Shown in pieces: positions 35,290-43,825 of a DNA stretch of 60,165 bases; positions within the stretch are counted from its first letter, which is position 1; every line of letters begins with the position of its first letter. Location: assembly GCA_021827405.1 (NCBI GenBank), contig JAKAVY010000006.1, positions 1-60,165 on the forward strand. The letters run 5' to 3'. The notes beneath the pieces were generated by a model that did no database searches, was not told the DNA's origin, and saw only the letters and a list, made by a program, of their open reading frames with translations. Origin of the DNA: Thermoplasmata archaeon. Lineage in GTDB: Archaea; Thermoplasmatota; Thermoplasmata; Lutacidiplasmatales; UBA184. The translations under genes were made by a program, and so were the position numbers.

Positions 35290-36567
35290 TCACCTCTTGT
35301 GCGCCTCGCTCCAGCGCGTCCGGATCTCCCGGATCCGGTCCTGGTTCAGACCGAGAAGGGGATTCAGCGAGGGAAAGAGTACCGGAAGGGTCCCGACGGC
35401 CCAGACCAGCGCTAGGCCTACCAAGAGAGCCCCCAGAGCCTCGGCGGCCCCGCGGAAGGCAGGACCGCCCGCTCCTCCCGACAAGGCAAAGCCCGCGACC
35501 CCGCTGATCAGCACCGCCGAGAGGGTCCACAACATCCGTTTGGTCCACTGGTGGGAGACGCGCTGGAAAGGCGCGATCATTCCGAACCACATCAGTAGGA
35601 TGGTCAGGCCAAAGAACCCCAGAAGACCAAGCATCGCGTGGACCGGGATCTGGGTGAACCGGCCGGTGGAGAGCATCCAGAGCGCGACTGTTCCCCCGCC
35701 GATGAAGAAGGCTGCCGCCGTAACGTGGAGGACCGCTTGGGGTCGGGGGGTCTTCGCCCGTCCCGCGAGGTCGACAAGGATGACCAGGAAGGTCACCGCA
35801 AAGATCATCTCGGGAATGGCAAGAAGGGAAAGTAGACCTTCGGGGTCAGAGGAGGGGATGAGCATCCCGGCGGGGACGAGGATGGCCCCCAGGGGCCCGG
35901 TGACGGTCATCAGGCCGGTCGCGAAGGGAGGCGGATCGGCCGCGAGGGAGCGCGGGACCATCCGAAGCGAGACCGCTCCGATCAGCAAGACGACGTGCCC
36001 TAGTACGAACAGATGGACCCCCGCGATCCACCACCCGAACCCGGGGCCGGTCTGAAAGGCAGAGACCGTGAACAACAACCCCGCCCCCGCGGCAGCCACC
36101 CAGGAGGACAGGAAGAGCGGAATGGTGGAAAAGTCGGCGGGCCTTGCCGGAGGACCAGCCCCGGCAACGGGAGGGGTGCGGAAGGCGCCAGCGAACCGGA
36201 GAGAGATCACCAGGAAAGTGACGGTCAGCAGTCCAGCGGCTAACGCGAAGCCGGTGGCGGCAAAGGTCGCGGGGAGAAGCCCCGATAGCGCGATGAATCC
36301 TAGGAGGGTGCCGGTCTCGGCCACGCCCGCCATTACCGGGTCCCCGGTCCGGGGATGAAGCGGCCGCCTGGCCACGGCCGGGAAGAGATGGAGGGCGAAT
36401 CCGAGGGTCGAAAAGGCGAGGAATCCCATCAGAAGGAGCCAGAGGAAGGCGTCCCATCGAGCTCCCAGTACCCCGGTGTAGGCGATGAACGCCAGCAATC
36501 CCCCGGCGAGCGCCAGGTGTGCCAGCGCGCCGGTCAGGAAAATGCGTGAGGACGTGTGCAAGGGCAT
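35290..36567 (-). CDS. His-containing ~12-TM membrane protein (NnrS / heme-Cu oxidase-associated-like)
   Basis: Highly hydrophobic 425 aa with intramembrane His motifs (AHLA, LHLFP, VHLFVLGH, VHAMLGLLGF). Confidence 0.7.
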   Translation of the reverse strand: MPLHTSSRIFLTGALAHLALAGGLLAFIAYTGVLGARWDAFLWLLLMGFLAFSTLGFALHLFPAVARRPLHPRTGDPVMAGVAETGTLLGFIALSGLLPATFAATGFALAAGLLTVTFLVISLRFAGAFRTPPVAGAGPPARPADFSTIPLFLSSWVAAAGAGLLFTVSAFQTGPGFGWWIAGVHLFVLGHVVLLIGAVSLRMVPRSLAADPPPFATGLMTVTGPLGAILVPAGMLIPSSDPEGLLSLLAIPEMIFAVTFLVILVDLAGRAKTPRPQAVLHVTAAAFFIGGGTVALWMLSTGRFTQIPVHAMLGLLGFFGLTILLMWFGMIAPFQRVSHQWTKRMLWTLSAVLISGVAGFALSGGAGGPAFRGAAEALGALLVGLALVWAVGTLPVLFPSLNPLLGLNQDRIREIRTRWSEAHKR

Positions 36568-36769
36568 AGGATAGGCCCGTCCACTCTAGTTCAGGCCCCT
36601 ACCAGGAGGCGTGGGGCCTTTTGAGCTCCGGGGGTCATGGACCGGGGAGGATCGGAACCCAGGACCAGCCGCCCCCGGTCTTGGCCGGGTCTGCTTGGGG
36701 ACCGTAGGGTTGGGTCGGGAGCGGGGCAGCGCCCGGGTCCGCCTGCCGTTAAGGGGTCCCGAGGGTGTG

Positions 36770-36958
36770 TCAGGCCGCTTTCGCTTCGACAGCGTTCGCT
36801 CCCCTTTCCAGCCAAGCCCGGTACCACGCGACCCGGGCATTCAGTTCTTGGGCAAGGCGAGAAGGGTCCTCGTCCTCTGCCTCGTGCCGGCGGGCCATTC
36901 CCGGACCGTCCGTCTCCCGGGTCTTGTCCGTCTCGCGGAGCGCTCGGAAAGCCTCCAT
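36770..36958 (-). CDS. Small hypothetical protein (62 aa)
   Basis: AAAGGAG SD 5 nt before ATG 36958; charged helical sequence. Confidence 0.4.
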   Translation of the reverse strand: MEAFRALRETDKTRETDGPGMARRHEAEDEDPSRLAQELNARVAWYRAWLERGANAVEAKAA

Positions 36959-37075
36959 CGGTACTCCTTTCCCCCTCTCGTTCGGGGCATCTCCATGAAC
37001 GCCCCGGTCGGGATAGGGGTCCCGTCGAAACCTTTCGGAGGGAGGCCGCACTGAGGAAGTCCCGGGGACCCGAGG

Positions 37076-37762
37076 CTAGGCCCGTCCTTCGAGGATCTTC
37101 TTCTCGATGACCGCAAGGGTCACGGAGAGGGTGGAGATGGCCACCCCTATCCGTTGGGCCAGGTCTGTCAGGGAAATGCGCCGGGGGACGTCAAAGTACC
37201 CCTCGACCATCGCGCGGTGGAGGATCTCCTGCTGTCGCGGCGTGAGCAGGGGGGACCCTCTGGGTACGGGACCGTGATGGACCGCCTCCACTCGGACCCC
37301 GCTCGCCTGACGTTGCAGCTTCTTCAGCAGCTCGCGGACCCTTCCCTCCGGTCCGACCACGGTCCATGTCGCCACGCCCTCCTGGACCGGAAAGGGGAAG
37401 TGCCGAAGCAGTTTCAGCTCCTTCAGAAGCGGGAGGAACGTCCTTCCTCGGAAGGTGACCCGAAAGATCTGTGCCCCCCCGGCGGCATCGATAAGCTCCA
37501 GGTCGTGGACGCCGGGCAGCCCACGGATCTCCTCGCTCCAACCCCGCCCCTGAGAGGGGGGGAGCTGGACCTCGAGCATGGTGAGGCCATTCCCAAGTTC
37601 CATGCGGTCCATGACCTCTGCATGGACGTCGGGATGGGCCGCGGTGAGCGCCTGGAGCCAGAGACCTGTCGGAAGGGTAACCCGGACCCGGCAGGCAAGG
37701 ATCGCCTGCTCCCGGCCCTCGGCGGCAGCTTCCTTCAAGCTTCGCGGGAGGGAGGCCTTCAT
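37076..37762 (-). CDS. Bat/HTH_10-family archaeal transcriptional regulator
   Basis: C-terminal LTPRQQEIL..A..EGYFDVPRRISLTDLAQRIGV..ST.S..L...EKKI. Confidence 0.9.
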   Translation of the reverse strand: MKASLPRSLKEAAAEGREQAILACRVRVTLPTGLWLQALTAAHPDVHAEVMDRMELGNGLTMLEVQLPPSQGRGWSEEIRGLPGVHDLELIDAAGGAQIFRVTFRGRTFLPLLKELKLLRHFPFPVQEGVATWTVVGPEGRVRELLKKLQRQASGVRVEAVHHGPVPRGSPLLTPRQQEILHRAMVEGYFDVPRRISLTDLAQRIGVAISTLSVTLAVIEKKILEGRA

Positions 37763-37985
37763 CGCTCTTCCTCGGTCCCTTCGACGGGTCCCCGGCATGA
37801 TCTCTCGGAACGTGCACCCGGGGCGGACCCAGCGGGCCCACAGTCGAGGTCGACAGGCCTAATGTAACCACCGGGGCTTCCCCACGAAAGCTCTAGCCCC
37901 CTCCTCCAAGGTCTAAGAGGCATTCTTGGGGAGGGAGCCAGAGATCATGACCGCCGGAAGTGAGACCCTTCGAGGGGGGGCAACG

Positions 37986-38336
37986 ATGATCAGAACGAAG
38001 CGAGCCTATGAACGCCCTTCCCCCGAGGATGGGAAGCGGGTCTTGGTCGACCGGCTCTGGCCCCGGGGCCTTACCAAGGACCGGGCCAAGATAGACGAAT
38101 GGCGGAGGGACCTAGCTCCGAGCGAGGACCTCCGCCGTTGGTTCGGGCACGACCCGGCAAAGTTCCCGGAGTTCCGGTCCCGGTACCGGGTGGAACTATT
38201 GCGGCAACGCAACGTGTTGGCAGACCTCGTGTGCGCCGCGGAGCGAGGGGTGGTCACGTTGGTGTACGCCGCCAGGGACACCGAGCACTGCAATGCGACG
38301 GTCCTGAAGGAGCTGCTCGACGAGAGCCTCAACTGA
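37986..38336 (+). CDS. DUF488 family protein (YeaO-like)
   Basis: KRAYE, RVLVDRLWPRGL, APSEDLRRWFGHDP, TLVYAARD..HCNA. Confidence 0.92.
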   Translation: MIRTKRAYERPSPEDGKRVLVDRLWPRGLTKDRAKIDEWRRDLAPSEDLRRWFGHDPAKFPEFRSRYRVELLRQRNVLADLVCAAERGVVTLVYAARDTEHCNATVLKELLDESLN

Positions 38337-38348
38337 AGGAGAGCGGAC

Positions 38349-38801
38349 ATGGAGGAAGGGCCGGCGCCGGGGGCCGGGGCGGAACCGGTCGCCCCCCTTG
38401 GCGAGCGGATGGAGAGGGATCATGACCGCCTGAACGACCTTTGGGACGAGGCGCGCCGCCTCTGGCCGGAGGACCGGGGGAGATCGACCCCGCTCTTCGA
38501 AGCCTTTCGGACCGGGCTGCTGCACCACATCCGAGAGGAGGAAGAGTTCATGTTCCCATTGTACGAGAGCCGGAACGCGGCCTCGGCGAAGTACTTGACC
38601 GACTTTCTCCGGGAGGAGCACGACCAGATCCGTTCCGAGCTGGAGTCGCTGCTGAGGAAGGTCCTGGCGGGCGTAGCGGACTTGGAGCCGGAGAACACGC
38701 GGTTGACGAACGTGCTGTGGGCCCACAACACCCGGGAAGAGGGGCTCCTCTACCCCTGGTTTGACGAAGACCGGACGGAAGGGGAACGGCTCGCCCCCTA
38801 G
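38349..38801 (+). CDS. Hemerythrin-like (HHE) di-iron protein
   Basis: DH..L, HIREEE.FMFP, EH, HNTREEGLLYP: complete HHE motif set. Confidence 0.9.
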   Translation: MEEGPAPGAGAEPVAPLGERMERDHDRLNDLWDEARRLWPEDRGRSTPLFEAFRTGLLHHIREEEEFMFPLYESRNAASAKYLTDFLREEHDQIRSELESLLRKVLAGVADLEPENTRLTNVLWAHNTREEGLLYPWFDEDRTEGERLAP

Positions 38802-38811
38802 GGGGAAGGCA

Positions 38812-40017
38812 ATGCCCGGGGAGTCCCCAAGCCCCCTGCCGACAACCGGGCCCCTGGTGATCCTAGGGGCCGGTTACGCTGGGGTCACCCTGGCCCAGGG
38901 CGTTTGGCACAGGACCAAGGGGAGCCTACCGGTCATCCTGGTAGACCAGAGCCCGTTGCACGTGCTTCGCACGGAGCTCTACGAGATCGGGAAGATGGCC
39001 CTGGTCCAGGAGGATTCCCCCTGGGCCCTCCCTCTGGAAACGATCTTTGACCGGACCAACGTGCGCCATCAACTGGGCCGGGTCCAGGCCATCGACCTGG
39101 TCCACCGCAAGGTCAAGCTCGACTCCGCCGATGTCCCATTCGGTACGCTCGCGATCTGCCTGGGGAGCCAGCCCGCTTCTTACGGAGTGCCGGGGGCCTT
39201 GGTGCACGCGCACCAGGTATACGGGCTGGAGGGGGCCCGGCGTCTCGCGAGGGCGATCCGGGAGGTGGAGACGGCTTCGGTCCAACTCCAGGGAGAGCGG
39301 CGCCCCCGCTTCGTGGTCATCGGAGGAGGGGCCACCGGTGCTGAGTTGGCCGCGGACCTGGCCATGACGGACTGGCCCAGCGTTACCCTCCGATCCGCAC
39401 GCGCTCCTGAGATCCTGTTGGTCCCGGGGGCGCTGCCGTTCCTGCTTGGCCTTCCCCCTTCCGTGCAGCGTCGTGTCCGCGAAATGCTTCAATGCGCGGG
39501 AGTCGGCTTCCTCTCAGGGATCAATGCCACCGGTGTCGAGCCGAGGTGCGTCCTCTTGGAGGACGGGACCCGACTCGTGGCGGACCTCGTGGTCTGGGCC
39601 GCCGGTGTGGAGGCGCCCGAACTCGTGCGTGCCCTGCCCGTGCCCCATGGGAGGGGAGGGCGGATCTCGGTCAGCAGCACCCTCGAGGTCCCGGGTCACC
39701 GGGGGATATTCGCCGTCGGCGACGTGGCCGAGGTCCTCGACCCGGTCACGGGCTTGCCGGTCCCTCAGACCGCGCAGGCCGCCATCGCCGAGGCCCGCAC
39801 CGCGGCCTACAACGTGGTCGCCCTTCAAAAAGGAACGAGGCCCCGCCGTTTCCGGTATCAAGAGATGGCCTCGATCCTCGCGTTGGGGTCCGGACGTGGA
39901 GCGGCGTCGGTGAAAGGGCTCCCGCTCTGGGGACGGCCGGCCTCTTGGCTCAAGAAGCTGGTCCAAACGGAATACGCGCGATCCATCCGACGTGGAGAAC
40001 CGTCCCCGTACCTGTGA
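38812..40017 (+). CDS. FAD-dependent NAD(P)H oxidoreductase, NDH-2-like
   Basis: GAGYAG, GGGATGAELA, VWAAG, FAVGD, PQTAQAA. Confidence 0.88.
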   Translation: MPGESPSPLPTTGPLVILGAGYAGVTLAQGVWHRTKGSLPVILVDQSPLHVLRTELYEIGKMALVQEDSPWALPLETIFDRTNVRHQLGRVQAIDLVHRKVKLDSADVPFGTLAICLGSQPASYGVPGALVHAHQVYGLEGARRLARAIREVETASVQLQGERRPRFVVIGGGATGAELAADLAMTDWPSVTLRSARAPEILLVPGALPFLLGLPPSVQRRVREMLQCAGVGFLSGINATGVEPRCVLLEDGTRLVADLVVWAAGVEAPELVRALPVPHGRGGRISVSSTLEVPGHRGIFAVGDVAEVLDPVTGLPVPQTAQAAIAEARTAAYNVVALQKGTRPRRFRYQEMASILALGSGRGAASVKGLPLWGRPASWLKKLVQTEYARSIRRGEPSPYL

Positions 40018-40516
40018 GCGCTCTCTTCGCGGGACCTTCGGTCCGAGCTGCGCGGCCGAGCCTGGAAGGGGTGAGGGGGCCCTTGCGGCAGAACAGTCTG
40101 AGCAGGAGCGGGCCTACCAACGGGGTTGCCTGGACGCGCCAACCGAAGGAGGCCTTCGGTGCCGATAGGAGCGGTCACGGAGGGTCTCCCGAGGTCCCGG
40201 GTTGCCTTGCGGGTCTCGTTCTTCGGCTCAGAGGGATGGCACCTCCTCGCAGCCGTGGAGGGGAAGAGCCCCGATCGGATGGCTTGGGTTCCGGTGGACC
40301 GCCCGCGCCCCCCCACCCGGTCGGCTCGAGGGGGGGTCGACCTTCCGGTCCCCGGGACCCGCGGCGGGCGGGGGGACCCCTACGGCCGCTTCGGTTAGGT
40401 TCGGTACGGCTCCTTGACCTCTCCTGTGGTTGCGCAGCCGGGGCCTGAAGCGACCCGCGGGTCGAACCTTCTCCCGGCCACGTCGGAGGGTACGCGGGGG
40501 AGCGCCGGACGCCGCT

Positions 40517-41308
40517 TCACTCCTCCGATTCGCCCCAGCGATCGACAAAGATCCGGTCCCTCCGGCCTTTCAGCTGGAGGGAAAGCGCCTGCATCTGGCT
40601 GACCATCGGGTTGGACCCGCAGATGTACACGTCCGCCATGGAGAGGTCCGGGAACCGGCCGCTCACCGCTTCCTCCACATGGCCGACCGCCCCCTTCCAG
40701 GATCCGTCTGCCGGCGGCCGGGAGATCACCGGGACAAAGTGGAACGTGGGCCAGGCGGCCGAGAGCGCACGGAGCTCCGTGTGGTAGACCATCTCCGCAG
40801 CGTATCGGTTCCCGAGGAACAACCACACGGGCGTTTCCGGGCGGTCACGGCGCAACAGCTCGAGCATGGGAACAAAGGGCGCGAGGCCGACCCCCGTCGC
40901 CACGAGCACCACGATCCGACCACCAGGGTCCTGAAGGACGAACCTCCCCAACGGGGCCAGTGCCATCAGAGACGGTCTTGCCGCGGGCGAGAGCCCGCAG
41001 AGGTAGGTCGACGCGAAGCCGTGCGGGACCTCCTTAACGAGAAGCGACACCCTCTCATGACGTTCCGCGGAGGAGAAGATGGAATAGGAGCGGGTGACCG
41101 ACCGACCCTCCCGTTGCAGGTAGAATGTCACGTATTGGCCTGGAAGGAAGTAGAGCGGGTCGGTCGGTGGCAGATCGAACGTCAGCACATGGATCGCCGG
41201 CGCAACCTCCTCATTCGATACCAGGGCGAGCGACCGACGATGGGGGGGCTGACCCGAAGGCAGCGGGCCTAGGGCAGGCTGGGGAAGAGGTAGAGCATCA
41301 GCCGTCAT
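40517..41308 (-). CDS. Ferredoxin-NAD(P)+ reductase-type FAD oxidoreductase (no Fe-S domain)
   Basis: FLPGQYV, RSYSI, GFASTYL, ATGVGLAPF, YICG. Confidence 0.9.
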   Translation of the reverse strand: MTADALPLPQPALGPLPSGQPPHRRSLALVSNEEVAPAIHVLTFDLPPTDPLYFLPGQYVTFYLQREGRSVTRSYSIFSSAERHERVSLLVKEVPHGFASTYLCGLSPAARPSLMALAPLGRFVLQDPGGRIVVLVATGVGLAPFVPMLELLRRDRPETPVWLFLGNRYAAEMVYHTELRALSAAWPTFHFVPVISRPPADGSWKGAVGHVEEAVSGRFPDLSMADVYICGSNPMVSQMQALSLQLKGRRDRIFVDRWGESEE

Positions 41309-41676
41309 CGGGATCTACCTCGCGCCCGTCGGTCATGCCCCCACACGGGAGGCGGCCCTTTCCCGAGGGCGGGGAGTGAACGTTCGTCCGCCAGAGTCTC
41401 ATGGCCCTTCCCTCCCTGGAGAGGCCACGGACTGCCCAAAGCCGATCACCGAAACGTTTCGCAGCGAGGGCATCCCCCCCGTCTGTCCTACGCCCAGGGG
41501 AGCGACGGGAGGCCGCGGCCCCCCGGGCGGGACGATGGGTCCTCTGGCCCCTTCGCGTCCGTCTTCTAGCGAAGCTCTGGTGACCCCGCGTCTCCGTCCT
41601 CTGTCCCGGCCGGGACCCGGGAAAGGTCACCAGAGCGGGTGAGGTAGATCCCCTGACCTGAGCGCGGAGGCACCCA

Positions 41677-42252
41677 CTAGGTCCGGTAGGTGCCGTCGAG
41701 GAACCGTCCAATCCTCACTTCGAGCGCCTTCCGCGTCCCCGCATGGTCTTCGAACCGGCTCTGGAGAAGCCTCTGGGCCCCCTCCGGGATCGCGGACCGG
41801 AGACAGGCGAGCGCATACGCCTCCTCGTATTGGACCGCCTCATAGTCCCGGGTCGCGAGCTCGAGGATCCCCCTTCCCACCCGAGCCTGGGCGGCCGCAT
41901 CGCCGGTGGCCCACAGACGGATGTCGCGCAGAAGCTGCTGGGCCCGGTGGCACATCTCGCTGTGATTGGTGCTCATGTGGCCCAGGTGTATGGCACAATC
42001 CCCCCGTGTCATGGGCTCCACATCGGGCCTCAGGTCCCGGTCCTCTTCCCCCACGTGGACCCGGTGCAGATAGGCGTCCAACAGCGAAACCCCGATCAGA
42101 GCGCTCCGCGGGTCCACGGGTTGTCCCGAACGGAGGCGATCGCCCATCTCCATCAACCGCTTCAACAGCGGCTGTACGAACGCGTGTTCCTGGCTGAGCT
42201 CCGCCAGAGGGCCGCGGGGCTCTGGGATCGCGGTTTCGCCTTGAGCGCTCAT
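41677..42252 (-). CDS. Divergent hemerythrin-like protein A
   Basis: LSQEH, HRVHVGEED..L.P, NH; C-terminal motif altered to YEEAYALACL. Confidence 0.7.
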   Translation of the reverse strand: MSAQGETAIPEPRGPLAELSQEHAFVQPLLKRLMEMGDRLRSGQPVDPRSALIGVSLLDAYLHRVHVGEEDRDLRPDVEPMTRGDCAIHLGHMSTNHSEMCHRAQQLLRDIRLWATGDAAAQARVGRGILELATRDYEAVQYEEAYALACLRSAIPEGAQRLLQSRFEDHAGTRKALEVRIGRFLDGTYRT

Positions 42253-43115
42253 GCGGGCAGTCCCCTCGAGACCCTGCGATCTAGAGAGACCAGGGAGACC
42301 CTTCTGCCTTCTTCAGCCCCATCCACCCGACCCGCTGGCTCGGCGGTCGCCCTTGGGGGCTGGCCCGCCGGATCCGGACCGTGGGGGTCCCCCTCGGGCC
42401 GCCCGACTCCCGGCTCCCCCCGGGTGGCCTCCCGGAACTCCGTGCTCCGTCCCTGCGGTGGTGCGTACGGGAAGGAGGTGCCCGCCAGGCCCGGAAGTGT
42501 TTGGGGGGTCACCGTGGCCGCATAACCCCCCTTGGCGCTGGAGGTCTGCGGCTTCGGCCCTCGCTCCCCTGGAGAGGGGGCTAGCACCCGAGCGAGCCCC
42601 CCTTCGAGCTCCTCGATCGCAGGCTGGGTCTCCCGGAACCGTTCCGCGACCAGCTCGGCCGAGTCGTCCGGAAGGACGGTCAGCAGGCAGGAGAGTGGAT
42701 AATCCCCCTCATAGACCGTGGTCTCATGGTCCTTGGTCGCGAGCCCCTCCAGGAGCTCCGCAAGATGCGCCCGGGACCCAGGGGGGTCCCGTCCATAGAC
42801 TTCCAGCGCCTTGAGCGCCTCGCTGGTCCGCCGCTGTCCTTCCTTGTGGTCCTTCAGGACCTTGTCCAGGTGCGGGAAGCATCCCTCCATGGCAACTCGG
42901 CGAGCGTAGGGCATCAGGTCCTGGTCGAGCCTCCGGGCGTGTACGGCGAGGTACTGATCGAGCCAGCGGAGCATCCCGGAGACTTCGTCCGGGGGTACGT
43001 CCGCCCCCGCTTTCAGAAGTTCGGCCACCTCGAGGATGCGCGTCAAGACGTTCACCAGGACATCGTTCTCCCGCTGAAGTTCCTCCAGCGGGTCATGGAT
43101 CTCTTGTGCGGTCAT
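42249..43115 (-). CDS. Divergent hemerythrin-like protein B with low-complexity tail
   Basis: Collinear paralog of 41677..42252 (PLEEL.., LD.YL..H, CxxHL, YExxYxLxCL); ATGA overlap with it. Confidence 0.65.
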   Translation of the reverse strand: MTAQEIHDPLEELQRENDVLVNVLTRILEVAELLKAGADVPPDEVSGMLRWLDQYLAVHARRLDQDLMPYARRVAMEGCFPHLDKVLKDHKEGQRRTSEALKALEVYGRDPPGSRAHLAELLEGLATKDHETTVYEGDYPLSCLLTVLPDDSAELVAERFRETQPAIEELEGGLARVLAPSPGERGPKPQTSSAKGGYAATVTPQTLPGLAGTSFPYAPPQGRSTEFREATRGEPGVGRPEGDPHGPDPAGQPPRATAEPAGRVDGAEEGRRVSLVSLDRRVSRGLPA

Positions 43116-43825
43116 GGTCGTGATTCCCTATCCGGGGCCTCTGGTCCAGGATAGAGGACCCCGGGCATTAGCGACTCTGGCTAGAGGCTTCGCATGCGTC
43201 GTGTGGCCCGTTGGGGGAAGGGCGTGTTAGCGGCACATCTGGGGGGATAGGGGGGGCGGCGCCATAGGGGGCGCCAAGCCCGCACGACGCGGGTCGTCTG
43301 CCTCCCATCGTTCCCCCCCAGATGGCGCTGGGGGAAAGACCGGTTCCCGAGGCGATGGAGGACGATGTGGTCAAGTTGCCTCAGGAGCCCGTCCGGGCAG
43401 GTCTCGGAAGGGTGGAGCGGAGGGAGGTCCGGCTGCGAGGCTGGGTCCGGAAGGTCATCGGAACATCCCGGGGCCAACGAAGGGCGACCGGACGTGGCGG
43501 AAGCGTCGGACCTGTCAAGGAGGGTTCCATGAGACCGTCGCCGGTACCACCCTAGCAAGTACGAGGCGGCCGGGGCATCGAGCTATCCAGCCGACCGGGC
43601 ATGGGAGGACCCGCAGAGCTCGGGGAGGGAGAGGGCCCACGGAAACGGGCCTCGACAGAAACCTCCTGGGGCGGGGCCGTACCGGGCGCCCTCCTCCTGC
43701 GCCAGCTGCATTTGGCAACGCGGGCAGGGACCCGGGGCGGGCGCCCCGGGTTGCCCTTCCGGGGCGGGCAGTACAGTTGTCCCTACGAGGAGTTCGCGCA
43801 ACAGCCGCCTGGCCCGTGCAGGTCC

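Noticed and set aside
43168-43801. Short ORFs in the island spacer (e.g. 43583..43801 with CPRC; 43181..43558)
   Set aside because: No RBS, codon bias or recognisable motif; possibly decayed DNA
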